Origin: Narcine bancroftii
Lineage: Eukaryota
DNA: 64,000 nucleotides
Assembly: GCF_036971445.1 (NCBI RefSeq)
Contig: NC_091475.1
Span: forward strand, 5,394,001-5,458,000
Reading direction: 5' to 3'
The position numbers were made by a program, and so were the translations under genes. The notes under the pieces were generated by a model. That model searched no databases and was not told where the DNA came from. It saw only the letters and a list, made by a program, of their open reading frames with translations. Shown here in pieces: positions 49,530-62,545 of the stretch. Numbering within the stretch: position 1 is the stretch's first letter; every line of letters starts with the position of its first letter.

Positions 49530-51510
49530 AGCAGAGTGGGCTAAGTCATAGTGGGAAGGCTCAAGGGGATTCAGTGAGAAGAGGCTAAGGTGATGGTGCA
49601 ACAGTTGAGATAAGAAAGGGCCACCCTGTTTGAGGAACAAAAAGGATTCAGCAGGTCAACACAGGGAAGGGCAGGTTTTAGGTATCATATTTATTTCCTC
49701 TAGTCATAAACAGCAGGAATGGCACCCAAGACAGGAATGCTCCTCTTGCAAAATGTGGGTGGTCAGGGAAGCCAGCAGTATCCCTGACAACTTCATCGGC
49801 GAGAAGTGCATCCAGCTGCAGCTCCTGACAAGCTGAGTTAAGGAATTGGAGCCAGAGTTGGATGAACTCCGGATCGTTCGGGGGGGAAGAAGGGATGAAA
49901 GACAGGAGTTACAGGAGGAAGGTAGATGGGTGACAGTCAGGAGAGGCAAAAGGAACAGGCAGACAGTGCAGGGCACCCCTGTGGCTGTTCCCCTCAATAA
50001 CAACGTGTTGCACTGTGGTGCAACAAACAAACACAAAACTCGAGAAGACTACTACAGGCTTTAATTAACTTAAAGTAGACCACCAGGTCTGTGTAGCTTC
50101 TGGTTTCAGGTGCATGACTGGTTTAGGAAGGAGCCGGATCCAGTCTTTATACGGGCTGGTGATTGACAGCCAGCATGGTGGTGCCAGCCTACCTGCATGT
50201 ACAGTGGTGGTGCCTTGCAGTAGGCCAGTGTAGTGCTTGTATCACCACAAACAAGTATACCATTTTGGATTCTGTTGGGAGGGGCAAGCCATGGTCAGGT
50301 CTCTGACATGGAGTCTGGTCCTGTAAGAAGAGAAGGAAGGAGAAGAGGTGCCCTGTAGTGATAGGGGATTCCATAGTTACAGATAAGAGGTTCTGTGGAA
50401 GAGATCAAGTATCTGAGATGGTAGGTTGCCTCCCTTGTGCCAGGGTCCGAGATATCTCGGATCAAGTTCACAGCATTCTCAGGAGAGAGGGTGAGCAACC
50501 AGATGTTGTGGTCCGTAGGGACATGAGTAGGAAGGGCGAGGAGATCCTGCAAGGAGAGTTCAGGGAGCCAAGTGCTAGGTTGAAGGACAGGACTGGTGCT
50601 GGTGAGGTTAGAACTAAGAGGATAATGCAGCTTAACATATGGCTAAAGACCTGGTGCAGGAGGGAGGGCTTCAGCTTTCTGGATCATTAGGCTCTTCCAG
50701 GCAAGGTGGGGAACTGTTCCAATGGGACAATTTGCATCTGAACTGGAGGGGGACTAATATCCTTGTGGGTATGTTTGCTAGCGCTGCTCTAGAGGGTTTA
50801 AACTAGATTTGCAGGGGGAGGGAAACAGAGGGCCAGAGAATAGAGCAGTGGAGGACAGAAAAGATTAGGTGAAAAATGCATGCGCTGTTAGAAGTCAATG
50901 GGTTGTACATGCTGGAAATATTCTAAGGTGCATCTATTTCAATGCAAGTATTGTAGGAAAGGTGGATGAGCTTAGAACATGGATTGGCACGTGGAATTAT
51001 GACATTGTGGCCATTAGTGAAACTTGAGGGGCAGGACTGACAGCTCAATTTTGTGGGGTTTCCGTTTCATATGCAATAGAATGGGGTGGGGGGGGTAGAG
51101 AAGAAAAGAGGAGGAGTGGCATTGCTCAACAGAGAAAATAACACAGCTCTGCTCAGGTAGGATAGACCTGAGGACTCATCTACTGAGGCTATATGGGTGG
51201 AGCTGAGGAACGGGAAAGGTATGACCACACTCATCAGGATGTATTATAGACCACCCAATTGTCAACAAGAATTGAGGAGAAAATCAGCTGCAGGAAACAC
51301 AAGGTTTGGATAGTAGGAGATTTCCACATATTGACTGGGACTCCCATACTGTAAAAGAGCTGGATGGCTTGGAGTTTGTCAAATGTGTTCGGGAAAGTTT
51401 TCTTTATCAATATATAGAGGTACCAACTAGAGAGAGTGGAATACTGGATCTCCTATTAGGGATTGAGACAGGACAAGTGACAGATGTATGTGTAGGGGAG
51501 CATTTTGGTT
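49530..51510 (+). mobile_element. Decayed CR1 5' half (ORF1 zinc finger/esterase plus APE)
   Basis: CSSCKMW, VIGDSIV, CLPCARVRD, FPHIDWDSH; colinear with 11748-13420. Confidence 0.9.
50006..50249 (-). mobile_element. Solo LTR related to the 43426 LTR, inserted in CR1 ORF1
   Basis: TG..CA ends, flanks aacg/aaca; shares ggcctactgca, tgtcaatcacc and attaaagcctgt with 43426-43671. Confidence 0.8.
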
Positions 51511-51682
51511 CAGTGAGAAGATCTGAGGAAAGGAAGTCCATGGCTGTCTGGGATGTTCAACGGTGGGCCCTAGACTAATGGAACATATGAACAATGATGC
51601 TGAGAACTGATATTGGTTTCTGCTCACCAGACCTTTGATTACAATTTTAGCTTCCCTTATTCAGTCATCCAACTCTTCTATT

Positions 51683-52617
51683 CTTCTTTTCTTTGGCTTG
51701 GCTTCGCGGACGAAGATTTATGGAGGGGGTAAAAGTCCACGTCAGCTGCAGGCTCGTTTGTGGCTGACAAGTCCGATGCGGGACAGGCAGACACGGTTGC
51801 AGCGGTCGCAAGGGAAAATTGGTGGGTTGGGGTTGGGTGTTGGGTTTTTCCTCCTTTGTCTTTTGTCGGTGAGGTGGGCTCTGCGGTCTTCTTCAAAGGA
51901 GGTTGCTGCCCGCCGAACTGTGAGGCGCCAAGATGCACGGTTTGAGGCGAGATCAGCCCACTGGCGGTGGTCAATGGTGCAGGCACCAAGAGATTTCTTT
52001 AGGCAGTCCTTGTACCTTTTCTTTGTCACCTCTGTCACAGTGGCCAGTGGAGAGCTCGCCATAGAACACGATCTTGGGAAGGCGATGGTCCTCCATTCTG
52101 GAGATGTGACCCACCCAGCGCAGCTGGATCTTCAGCAGCGTGGACTCGATGCTGTCGACCTCTGCCATCTCGAGTACTTCGACGTTAGGGATGAAAGCGC
52201 TCCAATGGATGTTGAGGCTGGAGCGGAGACAACGCTGGTGGAAGCATTCTAGGAGCCGTAGGTGATGCCGGTAGAGGACCCATGATTCGGAGCCGAACAG
52301 GAGTGTGGGTATGAAAACGGCTCTGTATACGCTTATCTTTGTGAGGTTTTTCAGTTGGTTGTTTTTCCAGACTTTTTTGTGTAGTCTTCCAAAGGCGCTA
52401 TTTGCCTTGGCGAGTCTGTTGTCTATCTCGTTGTCGATCCTTGCATCCGATGAAATGGTGCAGCCGAGATAGGTAAACTGGTTGACCGTTTTGAGTTTTG
52501 TGTCCCCAATGGAGATGTTGGGGGGCTGGTAGTCATGGTGGGGAGCTGGCTGATGGAGGACCTCAGTTTTCTTCAGGCTGACTTCCAGGCCAAACATTTT
52601 GGCAGTTTCCGCAAAAG
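51683..52617 (-). mobile_element. 5'-truncated RTE-clade LINE, copy 2
   Basis: Highly similar to 31956-32885; perfect 20-bp TSD agtcatccaactcttctatt (51663-51682 and 52618-52637). Confidence 0.95.
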
Positions 52618-53944
52618 AGTCATCCAACTCTTCTATTAACCACTAGCTAACCACATGAGTTAGTGAATTCTATATCACTTACATCAGCTATAACTTAGTG
52701 GATAATACTTTCACCTCTGACTCACGTGCCACCTTGACTTGGAAACAAATCTTGCATTTAAATCTTTGAACTTCTAACAGGCTCATTTCAAACTGGAAGA
52801 GTTCATGAAAATGGTGGAAGAGTTCAAGAAAATGCTTTTCCACCAAGTTCTTAAGAGCAATTTGGGATAAACCCAAAACACCAGCCTTGCTAACATCGAC
52901 TATTTCTCAGTAAAAAAATAAAAGATGCGGTTTCATGTTCCATTCTGAGAGACTTGAGCACAAAAATCCAGTTCATTTCCACTTGCACAGAGGAGGAAGT
53001 AATTTCTCCTAGAGGTTTCCTGAGCATTGTCGAGCCACAAGTAGCATAGGAAGTTGTTATTGCTGACTGTGGGGAATATGATGAACTAATCTTCGGATAA
53101 ATTTCATTCATCACAGGAATATTGACTGAAAAATGTCTTGTGATTGGCTGATGATGAAATGCTCCACATAAAAAAAGTTATTTTGCTTCATTCTGAAAGT
53201 TTATCTGATTCATCATTGACTGAATCATCTCCTATTAATGAATCTGGGCTCATATAATCCTTATAATGAGCCACTGCAGAATATCAAGATGCACAGTTAG
53301 ACCACAAGAGTGAAAGGCAAGGAACTCCGGCTGTTATTCCGGTTGTTCTTGTGAGTTAATGTGATTCTTCTCTCCAGTGTTTCCACTTAATTCAGTACTT
53401 CATTCTGTGGAAATGTTAACTAGTCAATACAGAAAGTTATTCTCTAGTGTTGTCCAAAACCGGAACCACCAGTTTTATTTAAATAATCCAATAATCTTTT
53501 ATCTAAATGGGTTGGATCTTTAACAGTTAAAACCACATCCTGTACTAACATTCTAATTGAAGAAACAGCCTTGCAGTACTGACGTACGTACAGTCTGTGC
53601 AGTATCATGACGTGTTTTCATTCAATGACACATCCTTTGTGACTATTGCAATGCCAGCAATTATTCAACTTAATTTGTTTGGCATTGTTCAGGCTTCTCT
53701 ATCCTTATCCAATATCAATATACTGAGGCATCCTCAGATGAGTTTGTTCCTTGGATCGAAGCAGGTTGTCCAAGATTAATGTTCACGAACTGATGTTCAT
53801 TAACTCTCTACATGTCAATTGTTAAATACTTTTCTGTTTAAAAAAAATGGGTCTACATTCAAAAGCAAATTTATTTAGTTGTATGCTATGGTTGCTGGAT
53901 GCAGCAAACCTTTTCAACAGGAGAAACTCAAGTTTGTTCTTATT

Positions 53945-55805
53945 CATAGGAGATAATGCAGCTTAACACGTGACTAAGGAGATGTTGCAGAAGGGAAGGC
54001 CTCAGGTCTCTGGCTCAATGGACTCTCTTCTCAGGAAGATGGGACAGTTTGAATCTGAACTGGAGTGGGACTAATATCCTTGCAAGAAGGTTTGTTAGTA
54101 CTGCTCTGGGTGGGGGTTAAACTGGATTTGTGGGGGTTTGGGAACCAGAGTCCCAGGGTAGATAAGGGAATGGAGGAGAAAAAAGATGGTGAAGATTGCA
54201 CGTGAAACGTCAGAAGTCAATGGGTTGAACGTGGTGGAAATTTTTTCAGGTGCATCTATTTCAATGCAAAGAGTATTGAGGGAAAGGCAGAGGAGCTTAG
54301 AGCGTGGATTGACATGTGGAATTATGACATTGTGGCCATTAGTGAAATTTGGTTTCAGGAGGGACAGGACTGGCAGCTCAGTGTTCCGGGCTTCCGTTGT
54401 CTTAAACGTGATAGAGCAGGAGGGATGAAAGGGGGAGGAGTGGCATTGGTTGTCAGGGAAAATATCACTCAGACTGGACAGACCAGAGGGCATGTCTACT
54501 GAGGCTATGTGGATGGAGATGAACAGCGGGAAAGCTATGACCACACTCATGAGGTTGTATTATGAAGCCATTTTAGAGTGTTAAAAGAAGCGAATGTAAA
54601 GGTGGATATTCTCTGCCTTTACATCGCTGAACCTACCTTTATAAAAACACAGATGGTGGATGCTGGATGCAAACTCCGATCCATCTAGGGGGGTAGTCCC
54701 AGAGATGGAGCGAGTCGCTTCGCCTCATTCTGTAAATGCAATCCCGCTGAAGGTGGCTGCTTAAGGCCAGGCTGATGACATTGCAATGACATCGTCAGCC
54801 TATGACCCAGGAGCCATCGCCAGGGCTCCCACAGTGATTGGTGCTGGGGTTAGGGCTCTCTCCTGCCATTCAGAAATGTCCTCTTCCCATTCCCCCTCTG
54901 CCCCTCGCACCTATCTTTCAAAGCTTGCAGAGGGATTTAGACCAGCTGGAAAAATGGGCTGAACAATAACAGATGGAATTTAATGTGAACAAGTGTGAGG
55001 TGTTGGATCTTGAAAGGACAAACCAAGAAAGGACATACACAATAAAAGGTCGGGCACTGAGGAGGGTGGGAGTATAGAGGGATCTGGGAATACAATACAT
55101 AATTCCCTGAAAGTGGTGTCGGGTAGATAGGGTGGTAAAGAGAGCTTTTGGCCATTGGCATTCATACATCAAAGTATTGAGTACAGGAGTTGGGATGTTA
55201 TAGTAAAGTTGCAGAAGACAATGGTAAGACTAAATTTGAAGCATTGTGTGCAGTTTTGGTCACATAACTACAGGAAAGATATCAATAAGATTGAAAGAGT
55301 GCAGAGAAGATTTATTAGAATGTGGCTTGAACTTCAGGAACTGAGTTACAGGAAATGTTTAGACAGGTTAGGACTTTGTTCCCTGGAGTGTGGGGAGATT
55401 TGATAGAGGTATTTAAAATTATGAGGATAGCAGAGTAAATGTAGATAGGCTTTTTCCCACTGAGAGGAGGTGAGATACGAACCAGAGGACATGGGTTAAG
55501 GGTGAAAGGGCTTTTCAAAAATAAACCGTTGGAAGTGCCAGCGACTCACAATGTGTCATCTCCTCATTTCACTTCCCTCAGTAACTACTGCTACAGGGAG
55601 AACATGAGGCGTGTGGAGCGAGCTGCCCGCTGAAGTGGTGAATGCAGGCACAATTTTAACATTTAAGAAGAATTTGGACAGGTACATGAATGGGAGGGGC
55701 ATGGAGGGCTATGGACTGGGCACAGGTCAGTGGGACTAGACAGAATAATAGTTTTGCACAGGCTTGAAGGGCCAAAGGGCCTGTTTCTGTGCTGTAATGT
55801 TCTAG
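53945..55805 (+). mobile_element. Fragmented old CR1 (ORF1 end/APE 53945-54562; RT 3' end 54920-55805)
   Basis: WNYDIVAISEIWFQEGQDWQL; KDINKIERVQRRF; gggccaaagggcctgtttctgtgctgtaa tail. Confidence 0.85.
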
Positions 55806-57239
55806 GGTCTGACCACTGTTACATGCATGTTACCAGTAAACCTTCCTGTACACCTTATTAGAATACAGTATCTGTAATATCTGTTCAATTATATTTATAG
55901 GTTACAGCGTCTCAGAAAAAAAGGTCTTCACTCAGTTAACTATTCAAAGTAAAACTCAAGTTTTAATTCAAACTCAAGTGAACTAAGAAGGATCTGCACA
56001 TCCTCAAAGAAAGATCTTTCTCAGTGGAAGGAGGCAGAACCTACTCTCAGAGTTTTCAAAAGCCCAACTATTGCATAGGATCATAACAGCAGGCAGGGAA
56101 CAGGCATTCAACCTATTCTGTCCATGCCAGACCTTTATGTAGAGACAAACCTGTTGAAAAATGAAATGGACATGTTTACAGAATTGTTTTAAATAACATA
56201 AAGGTAATATTTAATATAGAAAATTCATTATCTCCGAAAATGTCAGTGGGTCACACAGGTCCTGTGGAAACAGACATACCAGACTTATTCTTTGATGCAT
56301 GGGTTGTGAAGAAGTTTGATCTAAATCTGCTGACGTTATTCTCCGCCGATTCGTTTTGTGGCAAGCCTTAGGTTTCTATCTCTCTGACATCCTACTTCGT
56401 GGGCGATGCTGGATGAGAGAAGTGGCACAAAAAAACATTCAAGCAAACATCATCAGTGAAAATGAGTTGCACTCCAGCAGAAGAGAAAGAGAGTGGCTGG
56501 CTGTAAGTCATGTTCCACTGCCCCCACTGCCTACCACAAAAGGACAAACCTTAATGTCGGAGCAGAACTGATACCGGCAACCAGCTCCGACTGTTATCAG
56601 TTACTTTCCTGCTGCCTCCACTCTTTCCTGCCTGCTGTCACTTGTAGGAAGCTGCTGCTACGTGATTATGCAGTTTTTTTATTCCACTTTCCCACCGGAA
56701 GCTTGTTTTGAGGTGTGCTTTTCATCCCCTGGTCACAATATTTTAGTTGCCTGTATTATCTGTCTAATTGGTCAGGAAAAAAACCTCAACCCGTGGTGAA
56801 ATGCAATGGACAGATGTTTTCTGTAATTCACCTTACCTTTTTCTGCAAGAGGGTGTTTAAGCAGGATCTGGAACTGCCATTCAAAACAACAAGTTCCTCC
56901 TGGTGAAGGATGTAAGGCAGAATTAAGTCGTTGTTGTAAGAGCTCTCTCTGTGGGAATGAAATTTGTGAAAAACCTGTATTAGGAATCCCCTGCCAGAAA
57001 CAAATTGAAGCCATCATCAAAAGTAAATAATCGGCACATCATTAATTTGTGCTCCAGTTCAATATTGTTAACATTTTAGAAACACTGCTGACCTCACTTC
57101 ACGTACTGCTGAAGATTAATGAATAAAATCCCCAAAATGAAGTTGGGAGCACCTTATCTTTGCAAATAAAAGTTAAACAACAAATCCTGATTTATGCCAA
57201 GACAGAACAAAGTCATCAAAACCACTTGTGACTCCTTAA

Positions 57240-57950
57240 CATAGAACATTGCAACACAATGTTGTGCAGACTGATTAAAACCTACTCAGCAAATTAAACC
57301 TTCCCTACCTCACGCTCTCGATTTTTTCATCCACCGGCCTGTCTAAGGTTGTCCCTATTGTACCAGCCTCCACCTCCATGCATTCTATGCACCCACTACT
57401 CTCTGTAAAATCTTACCCATGACAACTCCCCTAAACTTTCCTCCCCTCACCTTTTACAGGTGTCCTCTGGTATTTGCTACCCTCATCCAAGGATAAACGT
57501 GCTTGCTGTCCACCCTATTATTGCCATTCATAATCTGTGGACCTCTCATTCTTCTTCACTCCAAAGAGAAAAGCCCTAACTCTGTTAACCTTGCTTTATA
57601 AGACACCTTAGCTAATCCAGGAATCATTCTCATAAATCTCATCTGCACCCTCTTCATACCTTCTATATTCTTTCTGTAATAACTTGACCAGAACTGAACA
57701 CAACATTCCAAGTGTGGTCTAACCAGAGCTTTATAGAGCTGCAACATTACTTCATGACTTGAATTCAATCTCCCGACCAATGAAGGCTAACATACCATAA
57801 GCCGCCTTCTTATCTGTGGGGCAACCTGGAGAGATCTTTGGATTTGAACCCAAAGGTCCCTCTGTTCTTCCACGCTATTAAGAATCCTGCCTTTAACCAT
57901 GTACTCTACCTTGAAGTTTGACCTCCAAAATACATCACTTCATACTTAGC
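57240..57950 (-). mobile_element. Old CR1 3' fragment
   Basis: LYKALVRPHLECCVQFWS..LGLFSLE. Confidence 0.85.
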
Positions 57951-58489
57951 TACAGGTGTATTCCAAAGTTTGCCTACTTGTCTGCTCCTCAATGTCCTGA
58001 GGGCTGTTTCTGACTCACTCAGTAGACAATCCCTCCACAACATCCTTCTTTTCTCTACTGCTGTGATACTATGCCTGATTAGTAATGCTGCTCTACCCCT
58101 TCTTCTACATCCCTCTCCATCCTATCCCTTTTAAAGCATCTCAACACCGGCACCTGCATCCTTTCTCTCTGGTCACTTGGATAATGGCCAGGAGAGACTT
58201 ATTACAACAGACTTAATTGAACTGGAGATTGAAGAGAGGGGCCACGAGCCTTTTTTTTTTGCGCAGAAGTTTCACCATTTTCTGTTCGGAAGACATTTTA
58301 TCCCACTGAGGAATTATAAACATCTGTGAATCATTTTGGGTCCAAGTATCAGTGAAATTTTCCAGGATGCAGAGAAGGGCAATGTTGTTGTCCCTGGGCA
58401 GACTCTCCAACCAGCATGCAATAAACAACAACCTGTCATGTTTAAGTTTTGAGAAAGTTAGGAGTCACATATTGGATACTTTTGTTAAA

Positions 58490-59365
58490 TTTTTTTTTAA
58501 ATATTTAAGTTTCATACATGAATTAATATCCAAATTCAAAATGTGCTTCAGTTTTATATGTGAACACTCTTAATACATAGTACATAATATTTTCCCCCAT
58601 ACCTCCCAAACACTTCCCCCGAAATAATAATCCCATAAGAGAGAAAAAGAAATAGGAGAAGATATTCTGATTAGAACTTACAAAAATTAAATTATTTTTT
58701 GCCTTTAACCTAAAATAATATATAATCAGCAAGGAATTGAGAAGGATCAAGGCTCAGGGAATCTTTCATAATGTAATACCTACTCTACGTAACTATGGGC
58801 ACCAAATTTTTTAAAAGTTATCAAGCCTATTTCTCAAATTATATGTAATTTTTTTGAAGTAAGCAGCTACGTATTCAGAGTGCCATTTATCTATTCCTAA
58901 ATTTTAATTTAATTTCCATGAGACTGCTATAGTTTTCCTTGCAAATGTCAAAACAATTTTCACAAATTGTGTTTGATATTTATTAAACTTTAATTTTGGC
59001 CTAATTCCAGAAAGATTACCTATCCAAAAAAAAATCATTGGATCTTGAGGAAATTTAACTTCTGTAACCCTTTCTGTTCATTCTGTTCAAAAAGGTCTCA
59101 ATTTTGAACATGACCAAGTAGAGTATAAAAAAGTGCCCATTTCCTGATTTCACCAAAAACATTTATCTGATAAATTAGACTTCAACCCATTTAATTTCTA
59201 GGGGGTGAGATATAATTGATGCAAAAAATTATATTGAACCAATCAATATCGAACATTTATTATATTTATCATACTATCATGGGACAATTCTGACCTGTGT
59301 TTCTCTCCGATAGTAATATTTAAATCAGTTTCCCACCTTTGTCCAGATTTATGAATTCTTTTCTG
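58490..59365 (-). mobile_element. Old L1-clade 3' fragment
   Basis: Homologous to 46900-47520 and 63105-63720 (caatataattttttgcatcaattatatctcaccccc; tactcttacttggtcatgt-like HxxWxC region). Confidence 0.75.
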
Positions 59366-59388
59366 TTAAATTTGAAGAGACCTCCACA

Positions 59389-59553
59389 TGATTAGTAAGG
59401 GATTGCTTAAGATATTCTGTGAGTAGAAAGAAAAAGTTTGAAACCCACTGTTTTAATCGTACCTCACTGACTCGTTATGTGCACGGTTTCAGAACTCCAA
59501 AGGAAATGAGCCAGTGACAATTTTTCTCTAGCAAAATATTTCAGTGACAATTG
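59389..59553 (+). mobile_element. Partial dimeric MITE family A (end of monomer 1 plus spacer)
   Basis: gtaagggattgcttaag ... ccactgttttaatcgtacctca ... ctccaaaggaaatg. Confidence 0.85.
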
Positions 59554-60213
59554 GAGCACTGATGTCCTCCTATTCTCCTCGTGTATTATTTACCTATAAT
59601 ATGGTTAGTAAAAAGATTGAAAAAGAAAGATAATCAGCACCTGTGAGATTTCTCTGAACTGACCAGCTGGAACACATCCCTGTGGGTCATCGTGGTGGCT
59701 ATGGTCTGGATCACCTACCCTTAGGGAAGTGGAACCTCCACAGGACCTGTTCTGATCTATACCGACTCATGGGCCAACGGCATGGCCCTCTGGATGGCCT
59801 AGTAGCATGACATGGAATGATTATCCTGAATGACAAACTATAACTTCAAGGCTATTTGAAAATCACTTTGCTAAATGTCAAACTGGCCACCTGTTTTTCA
59901 GCTTGAATCAATGTCAGTCATTTTAGGGTTTCTCCCTCATCTTTCAAAATGTCTAGAACAAAACATCGATGAAATTTGAAAGCCTTAGTCACCACTTTAA
60001 GCCAATTAGCTTTTGGTTATAGAACATGATTTTGCAGCTGGCTGTGTCAACTTTCCACCTAATAAAACCAGAAAAATATCAAGATAATATCAGCCATCTG
60101 AACGTCAGGTTCTTTACTGCCAAAAACATACATTTTGACACATTTGGAGGAAGATAATTTGCATAAGACGAGCTTCTACAAATAGTACCTGATGCTTTCA
60201 AATTAAATTTAGA

Positions 60214-60430
60214 CAAACAGGCCCTTCCGGCCCATGAACCCATGCTGCCAAAATTCGTCAATTAACCTACAATCCCCATACGCATTTGAAGGGAGGGGAC
60301 CAGAGTGCCTGGAGGAATCCCATGCAGACACAGGAAGTACATACAAACTCCTTATAGACAGCGGCAGATTTAAAATTGGGTCACTGGCGCTGTAATGGCA
60401 TTGAGCTAATGGCTACGCGAACCATGCTGC
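60214..60430 (-). mobile_element. tRNA-derived V-SINE (HE1-like) with CR1-type tail
   Basis: Minus: tRNA-like head, V-domain-like ggagtttgtatgtacttcctgtgtctgcatgggattcctccaggcactctgg, tail atgggccggaagggcctgttt. Confidence 0.75.
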
Positions 60431-61594
60431 TTCTCAGCGAACATCTAGTTATATTGTTCCAAAGATGGGCACATCTGTCAGATGCAGAACTACATATGTC
60501 AATATTTCCTCATTTTGTCGAGCACAAAAAAATCAAACTTTTTAAGTAGTTTTTGTAACATAAATTCCCTTTGTTAACAGAAAGAGTGAGATTTTGCATT
60601 GAAATGTAATGGACCAGCAAACTAATCGTTTCCTCCTTTTCAGCTGCACCAACTTCCTAGGATTTCCCAAGATCACCCCTAATCAATTGTGTTACGAGGC
60701 AATGTGAGAACTTAGCTCACTGGGCAATGAACCAATGGGGGAAATTAGGAACATCAACTTTTAAAGGATCACCAGGAAATTGAAAGGAATGTGACCATGG
60801 AAACCTGAACGTCCATGGGCAGTAATGATGATGGGGTTAAACCGGAGAGTCTGCTGATGCTGGGGATGTAGTTCAATGCACAAAAATGCCAGAGAAACTC
60901 CGCAGGTCATGCGGCATCTAGAGGAAATAACCCATGTTTCAGTCTCAAAATAGCTGCCAGAATATTGCACTTGATGCAAGAGTAGCTGCGGTCAAATTTG
61001 CAGAGGGAACTTCTTTGTATAAATAAGTTTATTTTGAGAAGCAGAAGCTCAAGTAAACGCATCAAAGGGTGCTCACCATTAAGAAAACACATTTGATAGA
61101 TCAAAACAAACTAAAGTTAAGAAGCTGAATACAAATGTTAAAAATAATTTCATTGCAATTGTGGCTCAGTTTATTTAACAGATTGGAGTTACCCCAAAAT
61201 TACTTGACTTAAATGTTGAACTCATTCATGGTTTCTCCAAAGGGTTAGCTATATAAATAAAGTAGGTTTGTGCAGGCTCTCCCCAGCGTGAATTTCCCAA
61301 ACTAATTGTGTTATCAAGGAGTTGAATAAATTTGAATCATAAAACAGATTTCATAATTTATTTTGGAATTTACGTTAACAGGGGCAAGCTGACCAAAAGC
61401 ATGGGTCGTGACGGTGGTCGTGAAGGATTCTTATTCTGATGGATGCCTGTAACTCGTGACATGCTGCAGGGATTAGTGTTGGGTTCATTGGTGTTTCTTA
61501 ACAATTTTTATGAGAGTGTAGTTGGGCATGGTTAGCAAGTTTGGCAGATAGCCGCAAAATTGGTGGTATAATGGTCATTGAAGAGAGTTAGTAA

Positions 61595-62545
61595 AAACAC
61601 ACAGAAATCCTGGAGTAACTCAGTCTGACAGTGTCCAGAGGAGGTAAAGATATATAACTGACTTTTCAGGCCTGAGTCCTTCTTCAGATTGAAGCAAAAA
61701 GCAGTCAGGTGTCTGAATTAAAGACTGGGAGGGGGAGGAGTCGAGACCAACAGACAAAAGGCATTAATTTGATAAGAGAAAAGGTGAGAATTGATTTTGG
61801 CTCCGTGAAAGGAAACAGAGGGAAAAGGTGAGTGAGAGAGAGACATACAGACAGAACTAGAGGAAAGGAGACATGGGGAGGAAGTGAGGGGGACACTGTT
61901 CTCTCTAAGCTGTGCACTTGTGAGGGTGTACACACGTTTTGCAACCAGAGCACAAAGGAAATTAATGTGCGCACAAAAGGTTAGTTACCAAAAATAATGC
62001 AGTAAGGAATAATTATACTTATTGAAAACAATCACTTAGAAAGCTGTTTCTTGTTAACTTGTTAGTTGGTTAAACAAATAGTCAATCTTATATTAAAATA
62101 TGCCAATACAGTTTTATTAGCCGTGAGAGATAGGCTGGGCCAAAGCTATCTTGAAATATTTTCAAATTATCATTTGCACAAGTAGTCAGCCCGCACATAC
62201 TTTCGTCACAGGAAAGCAATTTGCCCAACCTAAGATGTTTGCGCACACTGATGACTAAAAATTAGAGGGAACATTATGGGGGTGGGGGGACAGTTTTAAT
62301 CGAAACCGAAGAAGTCGATGTTAATGCCATCCGGTTGGAGGGTGCCCAGAGAGAAGATGAGGTGTTATTCCTCCATTTTGCGGGTGGTCTCAGTCTAGCA
62401 GCACACGAGACCGTGTGCAGACGTCAGCAAGGGAATAGGAGAGAAAATTGAAATGAGTGGGCACTGGTAAATCCACACTATCGCAACGGGCAAAGCCGAG
62501 GTGGTCAACGAAGTGATCTCCCAGTCTTTGCCCAGTCTCTATGAT
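61595..62545 (-). mobile_element. Penelope-like 3' fragment interrupted by a MITE
   Basis: Minus: cacctcatcttctctctgggcaccctccaaccggatggcattaacatcgacttc (HLIFSLGTLQPDGINIDF); hammerhead-like core at about 61659-61687. Confidence 0.8.
61894..62276. mobile_element. Short non-autonomous DNA element (hAT-like)
   Basis: Imperfect TIRs cactgttctctctaa / ttagagggaacatta; no clear TSD. Confidence 0.6.

Noticed and set aside
56300-56392. TGF-beta prodomain-like motif in an alternative frame (CQRDRNLRLATKRIGGE*RQQI*IKL, resembling C-x11-RIEAIRGQILSKL)
   Set aside because: Two stops and an extra residue inside the motif, a frame that conflicts with the splice phases, and no cystine-knot exon found. 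An HMM search would be needed to revive it.
58213-58434. 72-aa minus ORF as an exon of another host gene
   Set aside because: Weak acceptor, no recognisable family motif and no partner exons.
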